This document shows, piece after piece, positions 41,490 to 51,006 of a DNA stretch of 64,000 nt (positions are counted from its first letter, which is position 1; the number at the start of each line of letters is the position of its first letter). The notes under the pieces were generated by a model. That model was not told the DNA's origin and ran no database searches. It saw only the letters and a list, made by a program, of their open reading frames with translations. Both the position numbers and the translations under genes were made by a program. Source of the stretch: Spirochaetales bacterium (lineage in GTDB: Bacteria > Spirochaetota > Spirochaetia > JABEVK01); the NCBI GenBank assembly GCA_037142615.1, contig JBAXAI010000002.1:32001-96000 (forward strand). The letters run 5' to 3'.

Positions 41490-41822
41490 TTCAGACTTGA
41501 GCGGTGTGCACGCCTTGGTGGCTTTGGTTGACGCCCATGGTCCACCACTTGGATGTCGAGGTTTCAGCCGATGTGTTCGGACAATGGTAGGCTGCTTGGA
41601 GCTGTAGAGGTAGCGTAGACATCTTTGGTGATTCTGGGGGGCATACCCAACCGAAGGAGCCCCGCGTCGCGTGAGGTGCCTGGAGGGCGGGGGGCGTCGC
41701 CCGCCGGTTCTCTGCGGGACTTTGGCTGAAAAGCCTAAGCCCCGCAGAAACGGAACCCCGGAAGGTGCCGGCCACCTCGAAGTGTGACCCCCTGCGACCA
41801 GAAGTCGAGGTGGACACGCCCT

Positions 41823-43169
41823 TCAGCAGGGATGCTTGGCGTTCTTGCGACTGTACAGCCACCAGTTGAGCACTGTATTGAGCCCAAAGAACACCGCCGA
41901 ACCGATGAACACAACGTTTGGACTCTTGAACGTGGCGAACGCAAAAGCGAAAAGCAGGCCGTAGATGAACGGTCCAAAGGCCGCGATGGCCGCGGTGAAG
42001 CCGACGACACCCGAACCCTGTCGCGGCGCAAAGAGCATGGGCATCTGCTTGAAGGTCGACGCGTTGCCCATACCGGCGAAGAAGAAGATGCCCAGCATCG
42101 AAGCCACGAAGGGTACAAACAGTTCGGCGGTGGGGTTGGCGGTGAAAAACAGCACCAGCACCGAGCAGACGGTCATGCCGACACCGGCCAGCGTGGTGAT
42201 TTTGGCGCCGCCCCATTTGTCGGCAAACGGACCGGTGGCTACCCGCACCACGGCGCCCACGAGCGGGCCGAGGAAGGCGAACGCCAACGGATCGGGAGCG
42301 TTTGGGATGCCACCAAAGGTCTGCTTGATGAGCAGGGGGAAGGTACCCGACAGGCCCGAGAACGCACCGAAAGTCATCAAATACAGGCTAGTGAGGGCCC
42401 AGGTATGGCCACTCTTGAAGATGTCAAACTGTTCCTTGAAGTTGGCCTTGATGGGCACCGATTTGAGCATCAACCACGCCAAGCCGCCAAAAACGACCAC
42501 GAGAGGAATGTAGATCGTCAGCGCGTTCTGCAGGTAAACGGGCACCTGTGCCGTGCCTTTTGTCAGCGTCTGGGGAGCGCCGAAGAGGCTTCCTGCCAAT
42601 GCGAAGCCGATGATCCACGGCGTGAGGAACTGCACCACCGAGACCCCGAGGTTGCCAATACCGGCCTGAATGGCCAGCGCGGTGCCGAGCTTCTTCTTGG
42701 GGAAGAACAGCGTCGTGGAAGGCATGAACGAGCTGAAGTTACCGCCACCCATGCCGGCGCAGAAGGCCAGGAACATCAGCACCCAGAACGGGGTGGTGGG
42801 GTCCTGCACGGCCACGTACCAGCCTACCAGGGGGATGAGCAGCAACAGCGTGGACACCGAGACGACGAGCCTGGTGCCCAGCATGGGGGTCAGGAACATA
42901 TGGACCAGTCGCCAGGTACCCGCCGCGAGGCCCGGCATGGCGGTCAGCCAGAACAGCTCGGCCGTGGTCAGCTTGAAGCCGATCTGCGGCAGCTTGACCA
43001 CGAGGGCCGACACGACAAACCAAGTGATAAAGGCCAAAAAGAGGTTGGCCGTAGTAATGACCAGTGCGGCGTTGGCGACCTTCTTGCCGGTGGCGTTCCA
43101 GAACTCATCGTTCTCCGGTTCCCACTTTGTCAGCCAACTTTTGCCTCTTGGCGCCGTTGAATTGCTCAT
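41823..43169 (-). CDS. narK: NarK2-type nitrate/nitrite antiporter (MFS)
   Basis: WEPENDEFW, GMGGGNFSSFM, AGIGNLGVSVVQF, GMGNASTFKQ. Confidence 0.9.
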   Translation of the reverse strand: MSNSTAPRGKSWLTKWEPENDEFWNATGKKVANAALVITTANLFLAFITWFVVSALVVKLPQIGFKLTTAELFWLTAMPGLAAGTWRLVHMFLTPMLGTRLVVSVSTLLLLIPLVGWYVAVQDPTTPFWVLMFLAFCAGMGGGNFSSFMPSTTLFFPKKKLGTALAIQAGIGNLGVSVVQFLTPWIIGFALAGSLFGAPQTLTKGTAQVPVYLQNALTIYIPLVVVFGGLAWLMLKSVPIKANFKEQFDIFKSGHTWALTSLYLMTFGAFSGLSGTFPLLIKQTFGGIPNAPDPLAFAFLGPLVGAVVRVATGPFADKWGGAKITTLAGVGMTVCSVLVLFFTANPTAELFVPFVASMLGIFFFAGMGNASTFKQMPMLFAPRQGSGVVGFTAAIAAFGPFIYGLLFAFAFATFKSPNVVFIGSAVFFGLNTVLNWWLYSRKNAKHPC

Positions 43170-43187
43170 AGTAACTCCTTTTGCTCG

Positions 43188-44567
43188 TTAATCTTGGGTA
43201 CGTCGTGAGGGGGCGACACCGAGGATGCGCGCGCCCAGGGAGGCAGTTCCCGCCGGGTGTGCCACAGCGGCCAGTTCTGGAAGATCGGCCCCGGCACCAA
43301 GGCCTGGATTGGCGAGCTTCTCGCTGGCACGGATGGCCAGATGCATCCACAGCAGGCTCAGTCCGGCGATGGCAAACAGCAGCATGAAACAACTGGTCCA
43401 GACCCCCGTCAGGTCGTTCAGGAGCCCGAAGAGGATGGGAAACAACCAGCCGCCCAAGCCTCCCATCAGTCCGACGACGCCGCCAACAGGGCCCACATGC
43501 TCGGGGTAGTAGACGGGAATATGCTTGTAGACGGCAGCCTTGCCCAGGCTCATAAAGAAGCCCAGCACGAAAATCAGCACGGTGAACGACACGAAGTCGA
43601 GGGCCAGCTTGAAGTCGATGGGGCCGTGAATGCCGTCGATGTGGTAGCTCATGGCGGGATAAGCGAGAAAGAACAGGCTCGCGAGGGCGCCAAAGAACAT
43701 CCAGTACATCACCCGGCGGGCCCCAAGCTTGTCGCTCAGGTAGCCACCGAGAACGCGGAACAGCGAGCCCGGAATCGAGTAGGCGGCGCCCAACATGCCC
43801 GCGACGATGATGGGAAGACCGTACACGGCGTTGAAGTAGTGGGGGAGCCAGAGGGCCAGCGCGACGAAGCCGCCGAAGGCGAAGAAGTAGTAAAGGCTGA
43901 AGCGCCACACCTGCAGATTCTTGAGGGGCTCCAGGAGGCTGGCCGTCTTGTTGGCCTTGCGGCCCTCTGCGCGGCGCTGAACAAGATGGGGGTCGTCGGT
44001 GGTTCCAAACCAGAACACAATGGCCATGACAACCAGGGCTCCTGCCCAGATCAACGCCACGGACTTCCAGCCGAAGGCAACCATCACCACAGGGGCCAGC
44101 AACTTGGTGACGGCCGAGCCGACGTTGCCGGCGCCGAAAATGCCCAGCGGAAGACCCTGTTTGGCCTTGGGGTACCACTGCGACACGTAGGTAATGCCCA
44201 CGGCAAACGAGCCGCCGGCGATACCGACACCCAGCGCTGCGATCAGAAAGCTGGTGTAGTCGGTTGCGAAGGTGAGCAGCCAGGTGGCGACCGCACCGGC
44301 CAGCATCACGCCGACGTACACGATGCGTCCGCCCACCTGGTCGGCCCAGATACCGAGGACAAGTCGTATGAGCGACCCCGTGAGGATAGGTGTTCCTACC
44401 AGAAGGCCGAACTGGAACTCGCTGAGGCCGAGGTCTTTTTTGACCTGCACGCCGATGACGGAAAAGATAGTCCACACCGCAAAGCAGGTGGTAAACGCGA
44501 TCGTCGAAAGCCACAGCGCGCGTGAGCGCTGCGTTGACGGCACTGCCAAAAGGTCGGGATCAGGCAT
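43188..44567 (-). CDS. narK: NarK1-type nitrate/proton symporter (MFS)
   Basis: STIAFTTCFAVWTIF, GIAGGSFAVG, GIFGAGNVG, LGKAAVYKHIP. Start ATG 44567 after AGGAGG. Confidence 0.9.
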   Translation of the reverse strand: MPDPDLLAVPSTQRSRALWLSTIAFTTCFAVWTIFSVIGVQVKKDLGLSEFQFGLLVGTPILTGSLIRLVLGIWADQVGGRIVYVGVMLAGAVATWLLTFATDYTSFLIAALGVGIAGGSFAVGITYVSQWYPKAKQGLPLGIFGAGNVGSAVTKLLAPVVMVAFGWKSVALIWAGALVVMAIVFWFGTTDDPHLVQRRAEGRKANKTASLLEPLKNLQVWRFSLYYFFAFGGFVALALWLPHYFNAVYGLPIIVAGMLGAAYSIPGSLFRVLGGYLSDKLGARRVMYWMFFGALASLFFLAYPAMSYHIDGIHGPIDFKLALDFVSFTVLIFVLGFFMSLGKAAVYKHIPVYYPEHVGPVGGVVGLMGGLGGWLFPILFGLLNDLTGVWTSCFMLLFAIAGLSLLWMHLAIRASEKLANPGLGAGADLPELAAVAHPAGTASLGARILGVAPSRRTQD

Positions 44568-44614
44568 TCGAGTCCTCCTGCGAACTACCATAATCCGCAT
44601 GAAACCAGCCTTAG

Positions 44615-44628
44615 TTGCTTTATCGCAA
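44615..44628. promoter_or_regulatory. Crp/Fnr-type box TTG-N8-CAA upstream of narK1 and the regulator
   Basis: TTGCTTTATCGCAA; its reverse complement shares TAATTGCGA with the narG site. Confidence 0.65.
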
Positions 44629-44679
44629 TTAGCCGGTCCGGTTCTAGAGATTTCTGTCTGCCTATGTCATACTAAGGGA

Positions 44680-45441
44680 ATGTTAGCAGAGACTTACCAT
44701 CAGGTGCTGAACCCGAAGGCGTGCTCTTGCACTCCGGAAATCCGCAAAAGCATCATCCGCCGTCTGCCGTTCCTCAAGCAGGCCTCGCCCGCCACCCTCG
44801 ACCTGCTTGAGCGGCACCTGCACTCCCGCAACTTCTCCGAGGGCGTCGAAATCTCACCCTTGCAGTTCCGCACGGGCATGTTCGGCGTCGTTGCTTCGGG
44901 CGCCTTCAAGGTGTTCCGGCCTGTGCACGACGAGCAGGTGGTCGTCTTCGAGATCCTGACCGCCGGGGACTTTTTTCTGTACTCGGCCGAAGACCTCGAA
45001 GGGCTGCGGATGTACGTTTACCCCGACGTGGTCCAGACCATGACCACCAGCTGCCTGCTGACCATGGACCAGAGCAAGTTGATTCCCCTGCTCATGCAGG
45101 ATGCCCACCTGGCGCCCACCTTTTTTGGCCACCTGACCGAGAGGCTGAGGCAGACGAACGAACGGTTCATCCGCTTCTCGGCGTTTCAGGCCGAGCACCG
45201 TTTGGCCTACCTGTTGCTGTTCCTGCACGCCAAGGGCCCCAAACGGCCTGGCTACCCGGCGCTGATTCCGTTCAATTTGCCGCGCAAGGACTTGGCCGCC
45301 ATGGCAGGCCTGACCATGGAGACCACGAGCCGCATTTTGTCGGCCATGGAGCGCGAGGGTCTGATCCGGTCGGGCCGTGGCTGGGTTGAGGTGGCCGACG
45401 TGGCCGGCCTGGACCGAATCTGCCAGCTCGAAACGCTCTAG
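44680..45441 (+). CDS. Crp/Fnr-family regulator (DNR/NnrR/HcpR-like)
   Basis: cNMP-like domain, AEHRLAYLLL, HTH RKDLAAMAGLTMETTSRIL (ExxSR). Start moved to ATG 44680. Confidence 0.88.
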   Translation: MLAETYHQVLNPKACSCTPEIRKSIIRRLPFLKQASPATLDLLERHLHSRNFSEGVEISPLQFRTGMFGVVASGAFKVFRPVHDEQVVVFEILTAGDFFLYSAEDLEGLRMYVYPDVVQTMTTSCLLTMDQSKLIPLLMQDAHLAPTFFGHLTERLRQTNERFIRFSAFQAEHRLAYLLLFLHAKGPKRPGYPALIPFNLPRKDLAAMAGLTMETTSRILSAMEREGLIRSGRGWVEVADVAGLDRICQLETL

Positions 45442-45455
45442 TTGACATAGAACAA
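45442..45455. promoter_or_regulatory. Crp/Fnr-type box TTG-N8-CAA upstream of moaA
   Basis: TTGACATAGAACAA; it also contains TTGACA, so it could instead be a -35 element. Confidence 0.5.
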
Positions 45456-45489
45456 GCAACGAGGGGTTATGCGGGTAAATACTGGGAGC

Positions 45490-46527
45490 ATGGTTGATCT
45501 CTTGGGCCGTCCACTCCGCGATCTCCGCATCTCTGTTACTGACAGTTGCAACTTCCGTTGCACGTACTGCCTGCCGGCGCACGCCTTTCCAGCCGACTAC
45601 CCCTTCTTGTCGGGCTCCCAACTCCTGACTTTCGACGAGATTCTGCGCGTGGTCGAGGCTGCGCTCCCCTTGGGTCTCAAAAAGGTCAAATTGACCGGTG
45701 GAGAGCCGTTGCTGAGGTCGCTGCTGCCCGAGTTGGTGCGCTCCTTGTCGAAGTTTCCGGGGCTCGAGACGGGACTGATCACCAACGGTTTGCACCTGGA
45801 AGCTTTGCTGCCGCGCTTGGTGGATGCCGGGTTGGGCTCGGTGACGGTGAGTCTCGATGCCCTTGACCCCGAGGTCTTTTCGAGGATGACGGGGAACGGC
45901 CACTCGGTAGAGGCTATTCTCAAGGCCATCGACGCCGTTCACCGGGCGTACGGCACCGTCAAAATCAACACAGTCCTGTTGCGCGGAGAGAACGACGACC
46001 AGGTGGAAAGCCTGGCCCGCCACTTCCGGCGTCCTGGGTTCGACCTGCGCTTCGTCGAGTTCATGGACGTGGGCACGCTCAACCGCTGGTCGCGCGAGCG
46101 GGTGGTTCCTGGCGACGAGGTGCTCGCGCGGCTGCAGTTGCTGGGCACCCTGACGCCGTTGCCCAAAAAGCACGCTGGCGAGACCAGCGAACGGTGGGCA
46201 TGGTCCGACGTTCCGTCGGCCCCGTCCGACGAAACGTCGGCCCCGTCCGCCGGGCAGGGGAGCGTGGGCTTCATCAATTCGGTGACCCGTCCGTTCTGCG
46301 GGGACTGCAGCCGGGTAAGGCTTGGGGCCGACGGAAGGCTCTACACCTGCCTGTTCTCGGCCAAGGGCTTCGACCTTCGCGCCCCTTTGCGGCGGGGCGA
46401 GTCTGCGGACGCTCTCGGCGCACGGCTGGCTGCGATCTGGTCGGGACGCTCCGACCGTTACTCGGAACTCCGTGGCGTTACGCCGGCCGCCGCGGATCGC
46501 ATCGAAATGTTCGCGGTAGGAGGCTGA
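45490..46527 (+). CDS. moaA: GTP 3',8-cyclase (radical SAM)
   Basis: LRISVTDSCNFRCTYC, LTGGEPLLR, FCGDCSRVRL...LYTCLF, C-terminal GG. Confidence 0.95.
   Translation: MVDLLGRPLRDLRISVTDSCNFRCTYCLPAHAFPADYPFLSGSQLLTFDEILRVVEAALPLGLKKVKLTGGEPLLRSLLPELVRSLSKFPGLETGLITNGLHLEALLPRLVDAGLGSVTVSLDALDPEVFSRMTGNGHSVEAILKAIDAVHRAYGTVKINTVLLRGENDDQVESLARHFRRPGFDLRFVEFMDVGTLNRWSRERVVPGDEVLARLQLLGTLTPLPKKHAGETSERWAWSDVPSAPSDETSAPSAGQGSVGFINSVTRPFCGDCSRVRLGADGRLYTCLFSAKGFDLRAPLRRGESADALGARLAAIWSGRSDRYSELRGVTPAAADRIEMFAVGG
46203..46249. repeat. 21-bp palindromic tandem repeat inside moaA
   Basis: GTCCGACG-TTC-CGTCGGCCCC, GTCCGACG-AAA-CGTCGGCCCC, then partial GTCCG. Confidence 0.85.
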
Positions 46528-47010
46528 ATGCTCACTCATCTGGACGACAAGGGGCTTCCCACCATGGTCGATGTCGGCGACAAGGCCATCACCCGGCGCA
46601 GTGCTACGGCCCGCGCGGTGGTGGACTTTCCGCCTGAAGTGCTGGCCCAGTTGGTCGCCGGCCAACCGGGAGCCTCAGACCTGGTCGGCCCCAAGGGACC
46701 GATTTTTGCGACCGCCGTGGTGGCCGGCATTCAGGGCGCCAAACGGACCAGTGACCTTATCCCCATGTGCCATCCACTTCCGCTCGACGGCCTTTCGGTC
46801 ACCTGCCAGGTGCTCAACGCTCACGAAGTCGAGGTGCTGTGCACGGCCAAGACCACCCACAAGACCGGTGTCGAGATGGAGGCCCTGACCGGGGCCACGT
46901 TGGCGGCGCTGACCCTTTACGATATGACCAAGGCCCTGAGCCACGCCATCGTGATCCGGGAGGTCAAACTGCTGAGCAAGACCGGGGGCAAGAGCGACCA
47001 TCATGGCTGA
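46528..47010 (+). CDS. moaC: Cyclic pyranopterin monophosphate synthase
   Basis: LTHLD...MVDVGDK, LIPMCHPL, TGVEMEALT, LYDMTKA, KTGGKS. Confidence 0.95.
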   Translation: MLTHLDDKGLPTMVDVGDKAITRRSATARAVVDFPPEVLAQLVAGQPGASDLVGPKGPIFATAVVAGIQGAKRTSDLIPMCHPLPLDGLSVTCQVLNAHEVEVLCTAKTTHKTGVEMEALTGATLAALTLYDMTKALSHAIVIREVKLLSKTGGKSDHHG

Positions 47011-48082
47011 CTGGACCTTTCACCCCTACGAGGTGGCCCTGGTCGGCTACCAGAACTCCGGCAAGACCACCCTGGCCGCCAAGCTGATCCCGTTGCTGGG
47101 CCTCAACTTGGCCTACCTCAAGCGCGACGCGCACCGGTTCGATCTCGACAAGCCCGGCAAGGACACTCACACGCTCGCTGCTGCCGGTGCCCGCACGGTG
47201 TTCATCAGCGACGCGAGCCACAAAGCCCTGATCAGGCAGTCTCCGCTCGACCCTTTGCTTGGCCGCCTGGACTTTCTCGAGGACGACGCCGCCCTGATCG
47301 AAGGGCACAAGCAGAGTCCGGTGCCCAAGATCGTGGTTCTCGACGAAGAGCTGTCGATCTTGCACGACCCCGCGTTTGACACCGCCAGGCCTCTTGCCGC
47401 CACCGGACCGTGGACCGAGGCTCCGAAGCTCCCGTGGAACGTGCCGTACTTCTGCCGCGACGACGCGGTGGGCCTCGCCGCGTTCCTGCGGGGCCATTGG
47501 GAAGCGCTCACCGCTGCGCGTCCCCTCTTCGGCCTGGTTCTCACCGGTGGCAGGAGCACGCGCATGGGCACTGACAAGGCCTCGTTGGTGTATCGGGGGC
47601 TGCCCGAGGCGGCCCGGATGTACCACCTGCTGGAGGAGTTCTGCTCGCAGGTGTTCCTCAGTTGCCGCGCCGACCAGTCCGGCGACGAGGGCCGAGTCGG
47701 CTTTCCGCAGCTTCACGACGCCCTTTTGGGCAAAGGCCCCCTTTCGGGAATCCTGGCCGCGATGGAGGCCCACCCCGACGCTTCGTGGTTGGTCGTGGCT
47801 TGTGACTTGCCGCGTGTCGACCGCGAGGTGCTCGCTAAACTGCTGGCGGGCAGGGCTCCTTTCCGGTTTGCGACGGCCTTCCGGGGCTTCGAAGACCGGC
47901 CTGAACCCTTGTGCGCGATCTACGAACCCAAGGCCCGACCCCGGTTCTACCAGTTTCTGGCGGCCGGGTACGACTGCCCGCGCAAGATGCTTTTGAACTC
48001 GCCGATCGCCCTGCTCGAGCCGCCAGGGGAAGGGAAACTCGTCAACGCCAACACTCCTGCCGATCGCGAGGCCCTCAAGTGA
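47003..48082 (+). CDS. mobA: MobB-MobA fusion (Moco guanylyltransferase)
   Basis: N-terminal P-loop GYQNSGKTTL and DKPGKDT (MobB); C-terminal LTGGRSTRMGTDKA, GPLSGI, ACDLP, NANTP (MobA). Confidence 0.9.
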   Translation: MADWTFHPYEVALVGYQNSGKTTLAAKLIPLLGLNLAYLKRDAHRFDLDKPGKDTHTLAAAGARTVFISDASHKALIRQSPLDPLLGRLDFLEDDAALIEGHKQSPVPKIVVLDEELSILHDPAFDTARPLAATGPWTEAPKLPWNVPYFCRDDAVGLAAFLRGHWEALTAARPLFGLVLTGGRSTRMGTDKASLVYRGLPEAARMYHLLEEFCSQVFLSCRADQSGDEGRVGFPQLHDALLGKGPLSGILAAMEAHPDASWLVVACDLPRVDREVLAKLLAGRAPFRFATAFRGFEDRPEPLCAIYEPKARPRFYQFLAAGYDCPRKMLLNSPIALLEPPGEGKLVNANTPADREALK

Positions 48083-49281
48083 TCTCGGTGGCCGAGGTGG
48101 ACCGCCTGTTGAGCGCACAACTCGGCGGCACAGACACCGAACTGGTCGCGTTGGCCCAGTGCGTCGGCCGCTGCCTGGCTGTACCTGCCGTTGCCGACCG
48201 CGACGGCCCACCTTTTCACCGCGTGGCCATGGACGGCTATGCCGTGCGCGCACAGTCCGGGCAGCGCGCACAGTCCGGGCAGCGCGCCTGGCGGGTCGCG
48301 GGCCTTCAAGTGGCGGGAAAACCACCGCAGACGCTCACTGACCCTCAAACTGCGCTCGAAGTCGCCACGGGAGCCGTTTTGCCTCTCGGCTGTGACACGG
48401 TGGTGCCCTACGAAGCAACCCTCAGGTCGGGCGACCAGGTGGACCTCCTGGCCGATGCACCGCCGGTGGCAAAGGGGAACCACGTTCATCCTCAGGGCAC
48501 CGACTACCGCTCCGAGCAGGTTCTCGTTCCGGCGGGCACGGTTCTGAGGTCGCCGCACCTGCACTCGCTGGCAAGTGTCGGTCTTGACCCCGTTCCCGTC
48601 CGCAGGCGGGCCGTGTGGTCGCTCGCTTCCACCGGCGACGAACTTGTCGCCGTCCACCGAACGCCGTTGGCTTGGCAGATCCGGCAGAGTAACCTCGCTG
48701 CGCTGGAAGGCGAAGCCCGCGCCTGGGGGCTGGCACCCCGGGAAGCGCAGACGTTGCCCGACAACCGGCCTCTGTTGCTCGAGGGCCTGAAGTCGCAGCT
48801 AGGAGTCGTCGACGCTCTGGTGCTTACCGGCGGCGTGTCGGCGGGGGTCCTCGACCTGGTACCGGGGGTGCTCGAGGAACTCGGCGTGCAGACGCTGTTC
48901 CACCGGGTGGCTCAGCGCCCGGGCAAGCCGTTCTGGTGCGGCCGCCTTCCTGCCAACGCGCTGGGTCGCGCCACCCTTGTGTTCGGACTGCCCGGAAACC
49001 CCGTGTCGAGTCTGTTCGCCTTTCGGCGCTACGTGTTGCCTTGGCTTCTGGCCTTCGAGGGGAGGCCAGCGGGACCTCGCCGGGTGGAGGTCCATGGTCT
49101 TCGTGCCCGCGACGATGACCAGACAGTTTTTCTGCCCTGGTCAGAAGAAACGGGGGTGATGGAATGGAAGGGGTCGGGCGATTATCTTGCGCTGGCCGGC
49201 TCGACGGGCTTTGTTGAAATCGATCGTGATCCGCGCTCGGGAGTCGAGCCTTGGATGTACTGCTGGGGAGGAAGGGAATGA
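48079..49281 (+). CDS. moeA: Molybdopterin molybdotransferase
   Basis: PPFHRVAMDGYAV, STGDELV, TGGVSAG, QRPGKP, GLPGNPVS. GTG start overlaps the mobA stop. Confidence 0.93.
   Translation: MISVAEVDRLLSAQLGGTDTELVALAQCVGRCLAVPAVADRDGPPFHRVAMDGYAVRAQSGQRAQSGQRAWRVAGLQVAGKPPQTLTDPQTALEVATGAVLPLGCDTVVPYEATLRSGDQVDLLADAPPVAKGNHVHPQGTDYRSEQVLVPAGTVLRSPHLHSLASVGLDPVPVRRRAVWSLASTGDELVAVHRTPLAWQIRQSNLAALEGEARAWGLAPREAQTLPDNRPLLLEGLKSQLGVVDALVLTGGVSAGVLDLVPGVLEELGVQTLFHRVAQRPGKPFWCGRLPANALGRATLVFGLPGNPVSSLFAFRRYVLPWLLAFEGRPAGPRRVEVHGLRARDDDQTVFLPWSEETGVMEWKGSGDYLALAGSTGFVEIDRDPRSGVEPWMYCWGGRE
48246..48287. repeat. 18-bp perfect tandem duplication inside moeA
   Basis: GCGCGCACAGTCCGGGCA twice plus partial GCGCGC, encoding RAQSGQRAQSGQRA. 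Confidence 0.9.
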
Positions 49282-49517
49282 CAGTAACCGTGCGCTACTA
49301 TGGCCGCCTTCAGGAAGAGGCCGGTCTTGCCCAGGAGACTTTGGAGACCTCGGCCACAACCTTGGAGGGCCTCTGGTCCGATGTTGCCGAGCGTCACCCC
49401 TTTACCCTTGATATCAAACTCATCAAGGCCGCCCAAGCCGATGAGTTCTGCCCCTGGAAGGCCAAACTGGTTCCCGGAGCGCTGGTGGTCTTCATGCCCC
49501 CGGTCGCGGGGGGCTGA
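49278..49517 (+). CDS. moaD: Molybdopterin synthase sulfur carrier
   Basis: ~79 aa ubiquitin-like protein, VRYYGRLQE, C-terminal PPVAGG. Confidence 0.92.
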   Translation: MTVTVRYYGRLQEEAGLAQETLETSATTLEGLWSDVAERHPFTLDIKLIKAAQADEFCPWKAKLVPGALVVFMPPVAGG

Positions 49518-49519
49518 TC

Positions 49520-49954
49520 ATGACGCTCTTTTCGCTCACGGACCTGCCCCTGGAATTGTTGCCACGTTTGTCGGTGCCGCTGGAGAGCGGTTCGGTTGTC
49601 GTGTTCTGGGGCCGGGTGCGCCGCCACAACGAAGGACGCGAGGTCAGTGGTCTGGAATACTCCGCCTACCCCGAACTGGCGCAGAAGGAAGGCGAGCGCA
49701 TTGTCGCTGAGGCCCTGGTTCACTTTGGCCTCGACAAGGCCCGCGCGGCCCACCGCCTGGGAAGCCTGAGCCTCGGCGCTGCCGCCGTAATCGTCGAAGT
49801 CGCCTCGGGCCACCGCGGGGAAGGCTTTGACGCCTGTCGGTGGATCATCGACGAGATCAAGAGCCGGGTACCCATTTGGAAGCGCGAACACTACGTCGAA
49901 GGGGGCACCGAATGGGTGATGTGTCACCACGAACCTACTACGACCGACAGCTGA
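49520..49954 (+). CDS. moaE: Molybdopterin synthase catalytic subunit
   Basis: GRVRRHNEG, LEYSAYPELA, HRLGSL, KSRVPIWKREH. Confidence 0.93.
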   Translation: MTLFSLTDLPLELLPRLSVPLESGSVVVFWGRVRRHNEGREVSGLEYSAYPELAQKEGERIVAEALVHFGLDKARAAHRLGSLSLGAAAVIVEVASGHRGEGFDACRWIIDEIKSRVPIWKREHYVEGGTEWVMCHHEPTTTDS

Positions 49955-51006
49955 GAGTTCCCGGTTGGGGACTTGGTGGCCAGGAGGTTCTGGGCAAGTC
50001 GTCGGTGTTGGTGGTGGGTGTTGGCGGGCTCGGGTGCCCAGCGCTGGCCTCCTTGGCCCGCAGCGGGGTGGGCTCTCTAGTATTCTGCGACCCAGATGTC
50101 GTCGAGGCCTCGAACCTGCCACGGCAGACGCTGTTTCGCGTCACCGATGTGGGCCGTTCCAAGGTCGAGGCCGCTGCCGAAGCCCTGAGCGGTGCCAACC
50201 CGTGGATCTCCCTGAAACCGTACCCTTGGCGGGTCGACGCCACCAACGTCCGCGCGCTGGTGGAGGCCGCCGACCTCGTGCTCGATGGGTCCGACAACTT
50301 CGCCACCAAGTTCTTGTTGCACGACGCCTGCCGGGCGGCGGGAAAGCCGCTGGTGATGGCTTCGCTGTACCAATGGGAGGCCCAGCTCACCGTGTTCGAC
50401 TTCCGGCGTACCGACGACGGGTGCTGGCGTTGCCTGTACCCCGAGGCGCCCGAGGACGGCTGCGTGGGCGTTTGCGCCGACGTGGGGGTCGCCGGGGCGT
50501 TGGCAGGCCTCGCGGGGAATTACCAGGCCCTGTTCGCGACCCGGTTGCTGCTGGGTTTGGAAGTCCTGGCGCCTCGCACGACGCTCGTTCTCGAGGCCTC
50601 GGGCGCGACCCGCGAGCTGCGCTGGAACCCGGCTCCGGCGTGCGCCTGCGCCAGCGCACGGGGCGACTGGGCGTGGCTGGCGGGCCAGGGACCGCTTCGC
50701 GAGGCCTTGTGGGACGACCTCGTGCCGGCCGACCGGCAGGTTGTGATCGACCTGCGCGAGCCGCACGAGATCCTTGTTGCCGAGTGGGACTGGTTCCGGT
50801 CGCAAGGCTGCGAGGTGATCGCGTCCCGGTGGACGCAGTGGCCTGCTACGCAGCCGGACTGGCAGCCCGCGACAAGCTACCTTGTTGTCTGTGCCCACGG
50901 CATTCGTTCTCTGGCGGCGCTCGCAATCCTTCCGACAGGAGTTCGTGCGCAGTCGCTGCGCGGCGGAGTCGCCGGGCTTCCCGTTGTTGCGCTCGACCAG
51001 CCATGA
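49912..51006 (+). CDS. moeB: MoeB/ThiF adenylyltransferase with C-terminal rhodanese domain
   Basis: YDRQL, VVGVGGLGCP, SNLPRQ, DGSDNFAT, CWRC; rhodanese IDLREPHE...CAHGIRS. Start approximate. Confidence 0.9.
   Translation: MGDVSPRTYYDRQLRVPGWGLGGQEVLGKSSVLVVGVGGLGCPALASLARSGVGSLVFCDPDVVEASNLPRQTLFRVTDVGRSKVEAAAEALSGANPWISLKPYPWRVDATNVRALVEAADLVLDGSDNFATKFLLHDACRAAGKPLVMASLYQWEAQLTVFDFRRTDDGCWRCLYPEAPEDGCVGVCADVGVAGALAGLAGNYQALFATRLLLGLEVLAPRTTLVLEASGATRELRWNPAPACACASARGDWAWLAGQGPLREALWDDLVPADRQVVIDLREPHEILVAEWDWFRSQGCEVIASRWTQWPATQPDWQPATSYLVVCAHGIRSLAALAILPTGVRAQSLRGGVAGLPVVALDQP

Noticed and set aside
45442-45489. Moco riboswitch upstream of moaA
   Set aside because: The intergenic space is under 50 bp, too short for this RNA.
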